A DNA stretch of 64,000 bases from Hydrurus foetidus (taxonomy: Eukaryota): positions 1 through 64,000 of the forward strand of contig UYFQ01000265.1 in the NCBI GenBank assembly GCA_900617105.1, written 5' to 3'. A program made the translations under genes and the position numbers. Of the stretch, positions 1-13,150 are shown in pieces. The notes under the pieces are model-generated. The model ran no database searches. It had not been told where the DNA came from and worked only from the letters and a program-made list of their open reading frames with translations. Each line of letters starts with the position of its first letter. Position 1 is the first letter of the stretch.

Positions 1-910
1 CATCGTCGAGGGGAAAGCTGGGAACAGCGAGTTCGACATTGAGATAGTCGACTCGTTGAGCGCGGCTAAAGCTGCCTGACGTGCAATCTCCTCTTCGTCC
101 GGATTCGGATCAGGGTTTGGGTTAGGTGGTGATGACATGTCTAATCACTTATCGATGTAAATCTCACTGAAAGTCAATGGAGATCGATAACCCCTGCTCA
201 GAAAAATTTTTCAAGAGCTTCGCCTCGTTCAAGAACGGGTACTGTAACGTCAGTAACAACGAATGAAGCAATTCTACCCAACTCTTGAACTGAAAAGTTC
301 TATGGCGTGAAAGCCAAATTTAGAGTGGTAGAAAAATTGGGTGCCTGTTAAGGTCAAAGACGTTGCTCAACGTCGACAAAAAGAAGTCTATAGACTAATC
401 TTATGTCTCTGGTGATGAATCTGTGATTCGATCGACCAGCGGAGCAAGTCTAAAATGACTTCTGGGAAGGATAAATCAACTTCGACCAAAATGTCAAGTT
501 TGGAAGAGCCCAATGCACGGGGATTCCAAGAAAGCAGTTACTCTGACTTTCTCTAACTTAGACTAGGTCTTCTGAGCCAATGGCTGCAGAAGAGAACGGC
601 TCGAAAGTCGTTGAGCAAACGCTCAGAAGTCTTATCTACAGGTTGGGACGAGTAGACGGAATGAGAGGTAGCAGAGAAAAGAGTGGACTAATAGCGCTAT
701 TGTAGTCCAGATAGGAGGTAGGTCGATAGAGGAAAGGTGTTAGTTAGTTACAGGCTCTAAGCTAGAAGCTAGGATAACTTCTACGAGTAGGCTAGAGCTA
801 GTTAGCAGCTGTGCTAGAGATGTATGTGTACAGTAGGCGGTAGGATCGGATGGATCGGGACTAGGGTCCGGTACGGCCCGTAGGCCCGGTATAGCCAGTC
901 CATTACCTCA
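1..910 (-). mobile_element. Possible 5' end of a retroelement: LTR/leader-like region plus gag-like ORF running off the left edge
   Basis: A minus-strand ATG at 139 opens MSSPPNPNPDPNPDEEEIARQAALAALNESTISMSNSLFPAFPLDD, with no stop before position 1. Upstream, 140-910 is non-coding, rich in CTAG/GCTAG, and compositionally distinct; it starts TGAGGTAATGG on the minus strand at 910. No convincing primer-binding site was found. Confidence 0.35.
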
Positions 911-1820
911 GTAAAGTCAATCGCCTCAATTTTGGTTATGTGGCGACAGTAAAATAGCTGATTGCTCCTTTGGTTTGGCGATTTGTGGCTGTAATCTTCT
1001 GTCAAAATTTTCTCTGAAATTTCTTCACTTTTGTGCCTGCAGATCATATTATTTTGTGTCATAAATGATGGTCAAGTTCAAACGCCAAAAGGAGATCACG
1101 GAATCTTGGTGTAATAGCGGAGTGATTGGGATATGGTGAGGATTGCAATCCAGAATGCAAATCGATTTTCACAAGGAAATGCAATTTCTGAGCAACGCCC
1201 ATTCTGACTAGGAAATTTTCATGCTTCTATTGATCAGAACTTCCTCAACAGTTTCCCATCGATGCCTGAGGAAGCGCCACTTTTGTAGTGAAGTTATAGC
1301 TGTCAGCGTTTGCCCCATCGACCGATTTCGGACCGATTTCAGATTTCCACCTCGGACGACTATTTCAAGCGAATCTCTCCGATGCAGTCACTTGTATCGT
1401 TCCAGAGCATCAAATGTGTTATGAATCACCGTTTTGATATTGCATATTCGTGTAAAGTCTCTGTTTTGGGTATCCCTCAATATTTTTATTGTGTCAATTT
1501 TTCTGCGTAGTCCACCTGTCTTCAAACAAATGATATCATCAGCCCTTGATGTCGCCTTCATGGCATCTTACCTACTCGACCCTTCTTCAATGATTCTTGC
1601 AGTTGTGTATTCCTTTTTTGCTCCTAAAAGTTTGATGTATTAGTGTCCTGTATGAGCACTAAAAGAACGTATTAAACATATTATTTGACTATAACTAGTT
1701 TTTTTTTGTTCGACCAAAGGCTCCAATATCATCAAGCATGTCAATTTAATGCTAGGCAACTAATTGCAATCGATTTCTAAGCTATAGGATCATGTAAGGA
1801 GTCAAAAATGTCATATGTCA

Positions 1821-1866
1821 GCACTGTCCGACCGGTCGGACAGTGCCCATGTCCACCGGTCGGACA
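1821..1866. repeat. Perfect 26-bp palindrome followed by an imperfect copy
   Basis: GCACTGTCCGACC|GGTCGGACAGTGC at 1821-1846, then TGTCCACCGGTCGGACA at ~1850-1866. Confidence 0.9.
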
Positions 1867-2119
1867 AACAGCTTCTGATTAGGAGCTGAATGGATGATAA
1901 TTATTGAGCTACAAATTTCTTGAACTTTTCTTTTGATTTATTGAAATCGCACCAAATGAATTTTTAAAAGTACGAATTACCACTAAATTTCCGGTAATTT
2001 TCACCACAACAACTGAAATAGCACTAAATAAAATTCAATGAGTTTCGGTTAGTATCAATTAACTGTAGATAGTATTCAATTTCTGTAAAAATGGTCCCGT
2101 TAATTTTTTTAGTTTGTAA

Positions 2120-3133
2120 GTCACAGTACCCTCACCTACTATTAACACCGAAAATCCGTGAATACTGGTCGGCTTGAAGGCAATTACGGTTATCGACAAG
2201 AGGAGAATTTTTATAAACACCATGATGTATAACAATCGATAGCTTGATATGACGGCTATATATCGGGGCTTAAAAGATGTCGATGTGTCCTAATAAAATA
2301 AATATCATGTATTAATTATGGATCACGCATAGTAAGTATCACATGATATCTAGAATAATACACGGTGTAATAATAAATTTTCACAGACCAGAATGTAGTC
2401 AAGAACAAACGGAATATTCAAATTGATTTCGTCATTACTCAAATCGCGAACAATAGGCACATTAGACATACACCAAAGCTTCAAATCGTTTGGTGATGGA
2501 TTATAGATAGATGAGTTTTTCCTTTTATGTGCTTGAATGTAATTATTCAACTTCACAGTATCGGGATCATCTGGGAAACGAAGAGCACCATCTTGTAAAG
2601 ATGCAGCTCTCTTAAGACGAAAAAAGACATTTTCGAAGACATATCTTCCTCGAAGACATTTTCTCTTGGTCGATGGCCTCGTGAACCAATAATTTCTGCT
2701 CTCCAGTTAGTCCACTATGGGCTTCAGGGATGAGAGCATTAAGATCGGTATGATCGTGAGCTCCATGGAAATACGAAATGTATTGTCCAATGGAAGAATC
2801 CATCTCGTATCTACGCACAAAAGAGCAGCCAGTAAATTTGCATTTAAACTTAATTTGCAAGTCTACTGAGCTGACTTTTGAATAGTCCAATATAGCTGCA
2901 TCATGCACTACATCACCAAGAGACTGGTGAAGTATAGACCCAGTCTTATCCTCCACTAAATGTTCCTCCCATTTGAGGGCTTTCCCACGACCTTTCTTCT
3001 TTACAGAGTTAGAAGGATCATGAATAACCTCCTCTGTAGAGATGTCAACATCAGATCCTGAATCAATTAATGCTGGACTGTCTGGAACATGAATCCCGAA
3101 AGATGTTTCGACGCCGAATACAGTGTTGGGCAT
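2120..3133 (-). pseudogene. Degenerate Mutator-like (MULE) transposase
   Basis: ORF 2612-3133 contains CKFTGC-x22-HDH, a C-x4-C-x22-H-x-H WRKY/GCM1-type zinc finger. After a frameshift near 2625-2650 it continues FFRLKR...KLNNYIQ...DLKLWC...PFVLDY. Fragments YIAVISSYRLL and HGFSVLIVG follow, resembling the run-up to the MULE DDE domain. No intact catalytic core is visible. Confidence 0.6.
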
Positions 3134-3711
3134 AGTGAGGGTTGAAGGAATGAGGGTTGCAACGAAGTAATCCTTTCTAAGGAAACTTGAATAGATTACT
3201 CAGATTCTGAAGATAACTTCCCAAGAAAAGTTTGAGAACTCCTGGAGATTTGAAGTAACTTACTGAGTATTGTTACACAGTTGCAAGATTGTGGTGCTGC
3301 TTGAAGTAGATATAATACAGTTTTTTTCACAAAATAAAGTCAACTTTTTCGTGGGGGAAATTTTTGTTTTTTGGTGGAAATTTTTTTCTGATGCGATTTC
3401 AGTTAAAATAATCCGATTAACTACAATCTGTTGTCCGTCAATATATTCCAGAGGTGAATTACGCAAATAGGAGCTTTTACCCTGTATTTTAGAGGCATTA
3501 GGAATGATGCATTCGATTTGTAGTTGCATGATTGCTAGTGGCAACTTTGCTCAGAAAAAAACGATTTTCATTTTTCGAAGTTTGAAACATTAAAATAGCT
3601 ATATTGCACAATTCAGCCTTTTCGACCCACAATTACCGTACTTTCACAACCTGAATATACCGTTACTTTGAATTTCAGGTTGATTTCAAGTACTTCATGA
3701 CGCGAACAGCT

Positions 3712-4364
3712 TCACTTCATTGGGCGGGAAGTCGATATAGTAGATTCGACTGTCATTACTGAGATTGAGTGAGCACAATTCCAATCGCAGCGCATAGCAT
3801 TAACTATGCACGAGCGCCCAGAAAAATCCTTTCCTTCGTGTCTTGCTGCTGGGTCTGAAATGATTCGGGTTATCCAATGCCTCAGAGCATATAAGGCGCC
3901 GCCTGTCGTTTGAAGAGAATCCTGTTCAATTAGGGACTGGACTTTCTTAAAAACACTCACAAACATCCCACCAAATATCCAGGCGAAACAATTGGCTGAT
4001 AGTCATCCGATGTTTCTAATGGCGCTATTAATCTCTTTATCTGAAAACCTCTCCCAAATTTATTTTCACCTTTAGTTAATATTCTATCTTTCCTAAATGA
4101 AAAGACGAAATCAAACATCAGAGGGAATAGTGTGTCTAGAGCACGTCTTATTTGAGGCGACATTAGGCCCAGCTTTAAACTGTTCACATCCGCAAATAGG
4201 GACGATCGATTGCCAGAACGCAATCCTTGCAGGGCTGCTCCAATCTGAACAGCACTATAAAATTTGCTGTCGTTTGAAGAGAATCTGATCTCCACAAGGG
4301 CAATAGACTTTGCAAGTTGGCGCAATACAGCCCTTGAAAAAGTCATAGGCGATAAATTCGGCAT
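3712..4364 (-). other. Hypothetical ORF pair or gene relic of unknown function
   Basis: Two overlapping out-of-frame ORFs (135 aa and 84 aa), with a GTGAGT donor-like site at ~3960. No recognisable domain. Confidence 0.2.
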
Positions 4365-4917
4365 GCTTTTCGACAGTTGAAATGGGCATCTCTAACAAAA
4401 AAGTTCCGAAAGACTTCTATCCTTTTAAATACCAAACGACCCTCAATTCAATTGTTGAAATGAGGACTAGAGAGTACTTCTTGCTCTTTTAAAGCCTTCG
4501 AAGGCGAAAATTATTTCGACAAGAGGAATCGATGATTCAAACTTTTTTTTGCATGCCAGTACTAAAGAATGTGTTTCAAAACGGACGGAAGGCTTGGAAT
4601 TTAATTACATCGACAGAAAAGCAAGCATTCAAGAGGCAATCACAACAGTTGCACAGTTTCTATGGTGAGGAGATGTCACAACGGCTGTTTCTGTACGCGT
4701 TTCATTTTCCGTATTCGACTCCGGCTGACAGTTCTGGGTTCTGGGTAAGTATATGGTACGTAGTACGTAGACTGTAACTGATGAAAATGGCCGTTTCATC
4801 AAGAAGTTGGTCACTGGCGACTCGCGAGGCGTTGACAACTCCTCATAGAATTAATAGAATAAGTTATCAACAATGGCTAATGTTATTGACTTTCTCTGGC
4901 TGCGTTGAAAATCTTCC

Positions 4918-7654
4918 ATGGGGGGCGCAGCTTCCGCTGAAAAAGCGGCTAGAGTTGATGAGCCCAGACCGAGGGTGATACAAGTAGAAGCCTCTGGCAC
5001 TTCCGTGGAAAAGCAGATTATTGAAGCTGCTACAAGAGTGAAGAAGCCGCATGGGAAGAAAGGCGTAAGGTCCGCCTCATGTGATCCATTTACGAGTGAA
5101 TCAAGTGTAAAGGTATCGGATACGACTTCGGATCAGCTTAGAAGTCTTGCTATCGGGCAAAGGGGCTACAGGTCTGAGCAGCGAGACTATGATTCTACAC
5201 TGGCAGCACTGCATCAGCAACAGGATACTAAATGGATTACTGCAACTGTTGCAAATTCGGTGGGTAGGAAGGAATCATTGGAAAATCTGATCAGTAGACC
5301 GCAAAATTTGACATCAAAACACTCAGCACCAGCAGCGTCACAACAGCACTTTTCTTCACCACCAAGAGCTACCAGACCACAAGCTAGTTTTATCTCACCG
5401 CCGCAGAACCTCCTGCATCACAGTAGGAGTCCTTCAACGATTCGAGGCAGTGCTAATCTAGGAGGTAGATCAAGTGAGAAGATAAACCCGAGTCACCAGA
5501 TAATTTTTGCTCCATCAGATTTTCCGATTCCGACAGCACGGAGACCAATTCCTCCAGACTTCGGAGTGGCAGATAATTTCAATTCATCAGATACCAATAG
5601 CAGACCATTTACGTCTCGGTCGATAATGTCTCCTTCAGGAGTTAGAAGAACGCCTGCCAGCAATGTTGACTTTGGAAACCCTCTTAGATCGAGGGGCAGA
5701 ATTTCTCAACAAAAATCAGTCTCACCATCAACAGCTCGTTCTTCTGTGCATCCTAATGATGGGGTCACACCAAAACCTGGAGTGAGACATGCTCCTGATA
5801 GAGGGAGCCGATCAAGAAGTAGATCTCGGTCACGGTCAAATAGTGGGACTAATACCAACGCTGACAACCCTGAAAAAGTCACACCTAGTAATGTAGTCAT
5901 AGCTCTATCAGCACGTAGACCCCCTTGGTCTGGACGACGCCATAGACAAAACCATTCTGCAGATTATTCGACTGACTCAATGAGTCGCCACATGATGAGG
6001 CGGTCACCAAGTTTGAGTGGAGGTGGAAGTTCTTATTCTTGTGATGAGTATGACGGCTACGGAGCGATTTTCACGGACAATGCGGGGTGCAAAGCACATC
6101 CACAAAACCTTCTGTTATACCCCCACTGCATCTCAACACACACAGCAGTCAAAAGAGTATCGTAGCGCCTTTCTTCTCCCGGGTCATCGGAATGGGTTTG
6201 GCCCCTCAAGGGTTGAGAATAATCACAAACACCGGAAATACTGCGCCGAACGAACATGCGGCTGTCACAACTTCTGCTGAATCAGTAGTAAATTCCAGAG
6301 GCATCGGTCCAGGATCTCACGGAATGTCAAACCAAACACCAACAGGCACGCATGGAAGACCGACACCGACGAATCTTGGGAATCACTTGTTTGAAGTCAA
6401 AGAGACTAAGGACGTAAAAAGGAATAGAGCGAAATTGCCTCCTACGATGACGCATGCGAAACCAACAACAGGAGACTGGTTGAAAAAGAGATATATCGTC
6501 AATAATTATATTTTATTAGACACTTTAGGCACAGGGAGTTATGGAGAGGTAAACAAACGTACAACTCAACTTCTTAGGATGTCATTCTAGTGAATTTTCT
6601 AATTCTGAAGGCTTTTTACTTTTTCCCGTAGTTCATATCTTTATTTGATTGAAAAAAATTCAAATTGATCTTGATCATATTTTGATGATTTTTGAAAGTT
6701 TTAATTTTTTCTCACAACCTGAACTCTTCATTTTTTTCTTAAATTACTATTTCATGTCGTTTTTCTCTGCTACCATATTCTATTTTCACTTTTTCATCTA
6801 CATTTTTTTTCTTAAAAGGTGAGATTATGCAAGGATCGGACTACGGACAATTTATTCGCCATCAAAATCATTTCAAAAGAAATGCTTAAAAAACGAAAAA
6901 GTGGAAATACAACAGAAACTTATTTCGAGGATATTAGGAGAGAAATCGCAATTATGAAGAAACTTTTACATCCTAACGTTCTCCGTTTGTACGAAGTTCT
7001 GGATGATCCAAACGTAAGTAAAAGTGACACGTGCGATTTATTTATGTTACACATTTTTTTTTCAAGTTTGTCTAGGTGCACTGAACAATTCTCAAACCTA
7101 AACAATATTCAAACTTTATAAACAAGTTTGTTTCTCAAACAATTTTTATTTGTTTATATTTTATTGTGTTTTTTCTCAAAAGTGTTAAGATTATTTTATT
7201 AATTTTTTTTATTTAGATCATTTCACAATTACGTATTCTAGGTCAATAAAATGTATTTGGTGCTGGAATACATGAAAAAAGGAGATCTTGTGAATGTTTT
7301 AAAAGGAAGAGAAAGTAACACCCCTGGTAACGGGGGCAATAAGAATATGGGAGGTCATACAGTATTGTCGGATTTAGAACTGTGGAATATCTTTAGACAA
7401 ATCGTGGCTGGTGTACGGTACCTCCACTACCAAAATGTAGTGCATGGTGATATTAAACCACAGAACCTATTAGTGGGCGAAAATGGCATTGTTAAAATTG
7501 CCGATTTTGGTATTAGTAAGATGCTGAGCAATAGCGATGAGCAGCTTGGTAATGCAGCAGGCACGCCCGCGTTCATGAGTCCTGAGCTGTGCGCTGCTGA
7601 AGTTTTCTCAGGCCAGGTGAGATTCATCGTTTTTTGTTTCTGTCTGTTTTTTTC

Positions 7655-7728
<74 letters not shown>

Positions 7729-10700
7729 TAAATGTTCCTTCCTTTCTTTATTTCTTCTTCAACCTCTCAAAAAATGTGAAAATATACAATACTTCTTAGT
7801 GTCGTATATTTCAGTGCGTCAATAACACTTTCTCTACCATTTTTACTTCTTAGCTTGCAGATATTTGGGCGTTAGGGGCAACAATATTCATGTTGAAGTA
7901 CGGACATCCTCCATTTGTCGCTGGAAATCTTATGAACTTGTACAATAAGATACAAAAAGATCCATTAGTATTCCCGTCACAAACGAAAATCAATCCGGGC
8001 TTGCAAGATTTACTTGAGAATATGTTGCGCAAAGATCCTAATCAAAGATTTACATTGGATAAAGTTATACTTCATCCTTGGATGCGCTATCCTCCCCCTA
8101 ATCCTGCAACTGCAGCAGCACTGGCAGCGGCAGCGATAGCGTGCGTTGATAGGGGGGACATCCCAGCAGTGACGATTAAAAATCCGAATTTGAATATGAG
8201 TTTCAAACCAAGGATAAAGGCACTTGCACAGAGTGTTGTGGGAAGTGCTATCGATGTTATCTCGCCTATTAGGGTTCAATTCACGCCACCTGAAAGCTAC
8301 AACGACGAGGAAGCAGCTGCTATGGGCAAGCCTGTTAAAGGTGTTAATGATGAGGAAATGTATCAGTCTATTGGTCTGAGTATGAGAGGAAAATCGAAGA
8401 ATTTAAAAATTAAGCCAAGAAGTTCTTCAGCTTCTTCTTCATGCGTCAGTGAGAAAGAAGAAGTGACTGATAAAAAAACGGAAAAAATGGAAAAAATGGA
8501 AGATGGGGATATGATGTTGAGTGGATGGGGTGCCGATGTGTTTGAGATGGTAGATGCAAGTGCCAATAGTGACAGTGAGGATGACAGCGATGATGCGGTT
8601 GACGTGATAGTAGAGAACACACAACCTGTGACAGCTGTTAACTCGTTTAACTTGAATTCGAAAGGAGTGGATGAGTGTAGTAGGTCTATCAGTGGAGAAG
8701 TTGACAATTTATTCACTGATTATAATGTGGATGTGAGTTGCAGATCTTCGATGAGTGATGGCAGTAGTGATGAGGAGGATAACACATTGAAAATAGGAAA
8801 TAAAGAAATGACTGCCAAGAATAACATAAGTAATATGAGCAGTATGACGAACAAGCACAACAAAATATCAGAAACATTGTCGAGTATAGGACGGAGTGAT
8901 ACAAATGACGAATTGTCATCCAGAGGATCGATGGGAAAAGATGAAGAAACCTTACGGTCCAGTAGATTTAGAAGTCAATTATCTAAACGATCTGTAAAAG
9001 AAGCTTTATCAAAAGAAATGAGGTCAAAAAAGAATATTTTAGAATGTCCCTCTAGCGAACGGAGCAGTCAAGTGTCATCTCCCACCCAAGGAAATAGTCC
9101 TTCATCCAATAAATATCGACATAATAAAAAATTCCCCCCATGGATTTTATCAACACCTTCAAATAACGTACGTACGGACAGATCTGTAGACTTCACTAGA
9201 AGCGGGGATGGAGATGATGAAGTTGATTGTCCGTTATCTATTGAAGAGTTTCGTATGATGATGGACACTTTGGCTACAAATGGTGACTCGATGGAGAGAA
9301 CTTCGCATGGCAGTGAAGAAAGGCCGGTTGAGTTGGTACTCGATACGCTCGATTTTAGCTCTCAATTAATGAATGCTTACAATGGCGTGGGATTAGCGTA
9401 TCATAGTGAAAAAGGACAGAGGGATTTTCAAGAAGATAGGTGCTGCTTAATACCAGATGTAGCCGAAATGCACATTAGAGAATTAATGGAACAACAACAA
9501 AAAGAAGAAGGTGGAGGAATTGGAGGTGGAAATGGAGGACTAAAAAGTAGGAGAGGAAGTTTTCCGACTACTGCACAAAAAGATAAAGAAGCATTACTCC
9601 ATAAAATATCAATAACTTGTTTGTTTGATGGACACAACGGATCGGTGTGTTCGGAATTCCTTAGCAGAAATTTTCCTACAATGCTCACAAATCATGAGAG
9701 ATTCCTAGATAAAAGTCCAGAGTTCGCTCTGATAGATGTGTGTCGAGTCATTGATGGACAGGTGATACTTTTTTCTTCATTTTTATCTTCTTTTTTACTT
9801 TATTTTTTATTTTATTTTTTTGTTATTATTTTTCATTATCGTTTTTTTTATTTATCTGTTTCACATTGTTTCTGTTTGATGTTTTGTAAATATATTTGTC
9901 CGAATATTATTATGCGCATAGATGCGTGTGTATGTTGCAATTTTGACGAATTTAGTACGTTATTACGAAAGATTAAGCGCTTATGTTTCCTATATTCATA
10001 CAGCCAATCCTGACTGTAGGGGCATCCACGTTATATTCACTCTTATTACCCGCTCCTAGGAATTGAATTACTATCTATCATGACGCAGGACAAGATATAC
10101 TTCCGACACCTAAAACACACCGATACACTACAAAATAAAACAGAACACAAATAACATCACAACACAACACAACACAATAACACACAGGTGTGCGACCATT
10201 TAATAGAAGATGACGACCTATCCGGATCAACAGGAGTGATAGTCGTGTATGACGGAAGGCGCAACGTACTCACCGTAGCCAATGTAGGTGATAGCATGTG
10301 TGTGCTGAGCAGGGGAGGGAGGGCAGTCAACATGCACCGCATGCACCGGTTAGATGATGCGGAAGAGAGGGCGAGAGTGGAGGCAGCGGGAGGCACCGTC
10401 ATTAAGAACAGGTACGGTAAATTACGGTATAATACGGTGTATTTTTACTGCACTGCCCTACTGCAACATGACGACCATTATTGCTTGACAATCCATATAT
10501 TTGATGCAGCTCGCACTAATAGATGGTCGTATACATTCTTTGCGTGGTAGGGTGAACGGTGTGTTGGCTGTATCTCGTGCCTTCGGTGACACCCGGTTCA
10601 AAGACACTGATAGCTGGAAAGAAATGCATGACGGAATATCAACAGGACCTGTGATAGCCTTGCCAGATGTTTATTCTGAGTTGTGCACAACATTAACAGA

Positions 10701-10908
10701 GTTTTGCATCATAGCTACGGATGGACTATGGGACGTGATGAGCCCTCAACTCGCTGTTAATTTCGTTCGTATGAAACTAAGTGAGAAATGTGACTTGCAA
10801 GTGTGCGCACGAGAGCTGGTTAATGATGCAATTAGAAATAAAGGTTCTGAAGATAATGTTACAGTGGCTATTTTGTCATTTCACACTATAGGAGAAAAAC
10901 AGATTTAG
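4918..10908 (+). CDS. GRIK/SnAK/CaMKK-like Ser/Thr kinase fused to a C-terminal PP2C phosphatase
   Basis: Exons ~4918-6548 (frame break near 6048-6094), 6819-7013, 7242-7616, 7854-9761, 10188-10411 and 10551-10908, joined by in-phase GT-AG introns. Kinase motifs: LGTGSYGEV, FAIK, HGDIKPQN, DFG, GTPAFMSPE, ADIWALG. PP2C motifs: RDFQEDR, LFDGHNG, SGST, ANVGDS, LAVSRAFGD, ATDGLWDV, GSEDNVT. Confidence 0.88.
7650..7727 (+). repeat. (TTTC)n microsatellite in kinase intron
   Basis: Directly visible tandem TTTC run. Confidence 0.9.
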
Positions 10909-11568
10909 AAACTATATATTTTTTATTGAATTTTATACATTGTTTCTTTTTTCTTTTGATTTCATTCGATATAACAGTCTATAGATCTGACTAGTTATAT
11001 AATATAAAACGTGCGCATTACCCATTACATTCACAATTCTAATTGCTCTAATTAGATGTGATTACTGACAATGTTTTATTATATGGCTTTATGAAATTAA
11101 ATGTGTACTTTTCACTACTCTTAATTTTGCATTTTAAAACTCTTTTTAATCATTTACTTAGTGTATAATTAGTTATGTTATGTTATATTATATTATATTA
11201 TAAGATGTACTCAGAATGCAAATTCGTACCGAATTACTTGCTACATATTTTGTAATCATAAATGTACTGAAATTGTACACCCTATTAATTTCTAAAATGG
11301 AAGTATATTTTTTATTTTCTTCGCTTCAAATAAACTAATAGTAGACCGTTTCCCAGAGCAGCCGGAAAGATCACTCTATGGATAGTCGATTTTTATTCTT
11401 CGCCAAAGCAAAAACACACAATCTCAGACTCGATAAAAACGATCAACGATTTTGATCTTTTTGACTTAATTATAGCTTTAGAAAGATATGTCGATATAAA
11501 AATAATGGTGAGGAGTGATAAATGAGAATTTTTTATGACATCAGTGATTTTCTACAAGGTATAGAAAC

Positions 11569-12815
11569 TCACGCATAAGCCCATATTGTTTTGCTTTGAC
11601 TGTAAGCAAGAGAGAACTTCAATCCATCGCTAGTCGGCTGAGAGTAAGCTACGTGATGTCTCATAACAACCGTACCAAAAACAAAATTCTTTCTTGCACT
11701 ATCTACCAACATTCTAGCAACATTATCCCTTCTATAATCACTATGCACCCATATTTGCTTTACCCCTAGTGTTCTATTTAGCGGTCTGTTCTCATCCTCA
11801 TCTTCACCTTCACTGACTCTCACGCGTTTTCTACTTTCAGACGTAATATCTGACGTATGAGGGACCTCGCACCCTTTAGATTCCGAAGTCGTCAGGGACT
11901 CATGGATCAATTCTCTAGTTGCTGGTGCATTACACGTAGGACTAGGATCCATTAATTCCATGGAGGATCTGGGATCTGTCATAGGAATGAGGACTTTTAT
12001 TGACACGTCACACGTGCTCACTGCATGAGACAATTGATACAATCTCTCTGCCTGAACCTTCACATATGAGATTGTGTGCAATCAGCAAAATATTTTATCA
12101 TTTGTATGTCTCTACACTTAATCTGATGACAATCGAAATTGAATGCTTTTGGATGGGTTTTACCTGTTCAATGACAAGACAGCCGATCACGATTCTTGAA
12201 CTTTCTAGCATACACATGTACACAGTATCCGAATCGCCTGCCACCTGAATGTTTTCAAAGGAGAAGGAGGTGTGAGAGAAAATGTGTGGATTCCTCTTCC
12301 AATTGAAGCTGTTGTCGGCATATTCTGTTCTCACGCACGTAGTCTGGTGAACTCCCGAGCTCATCGCGAACAATCTTCAAAATGCTGGCAACGTTGCTCG
12401 TAAAGAGAATTCCTTTCTTGCGGATTTCTACGATAACAACTTTCCGCTGACTTCTCAATTCAGAAGCGTCAGATAGAAGTCTATGCCCTTTTAATGATGA
12501 GAGGACAGGTCCGCTGCCAACCTGGCAGTAGAAGATGCGGTTAGTCGAGCACATCGTGGCTTCTGTGTCCATAAAACGTTAATAAATCAGAACCTTCGCG
12601 CATAGCTGACTGTGGCGACGCTCATCTTCTACATCGCCAATTACGTAGAACATTCCACATTTTAGACACTCGTTATTCTTTCCAAACAGCTTTTGTCCTA
12701 AGTCAAGGAACGTCTGATGTTGAGTCGGCTGAGATGCAGTGCATTTCTTCACAACTGCTCGCGAGACTGTTGATTTCTTCCGTCCGCGTGAGAAACTGTC
12801 AACAAATTTGTCCAT
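11569..12815 (-). CDS. ECO1: Cohesin acetyltransferase ECO1/ESCO, about 4 exons
   Basis: N-terminal QTFLDLGQK..CLKCGMFY..DERRH..C zinc finger. C-terminal GVKQIWVH..RR..VARMLVD..R..F.FG...AYSQPTSDG acetyltransferase motifs. Confidence 0.9.
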
Positions 12816-13150
12816 TCAGCAAAGCTTCCTTTGGGTCAGTGCATTGATCTCCTCTACGATGGATGCCAGGTATATTATGCAGATGAATGAGATCAATTGC
12901 ACAAGAGGATAAATTAATTTGAATTTTGAATTTTCGAAAATTTTGGACAGAATGTCGAAGTACCGGATAAAATTTAATACTGGAACAAATGCACGCTTGT
13001 AGTACGTAGGTACGTAGCCGTGAGCCGTAAGTACTGCTGACTCACCCTATCAGAGATTATCGAGATCAGATGAATGTCTCGCATGTATGGAAGACTGGTG
13101 ATACACAACTCATCTGTGAAGCTCTCGGCACTTTGGAATCAACGGAGAAG

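Noticed and set aside
100..130. Telomere-like GGGTTT/GGGTTA repeats
   Set aside because: Only 2-3 units, explained by Pro-Asn codons on the minus strand.
910..3700. Terminal inverted repeats for the MULE relic
   Set aside because: Only an 11-bp inverted match (TTTCTGAGCAA near 1185 versus near 3548) was found, which is insufficient.
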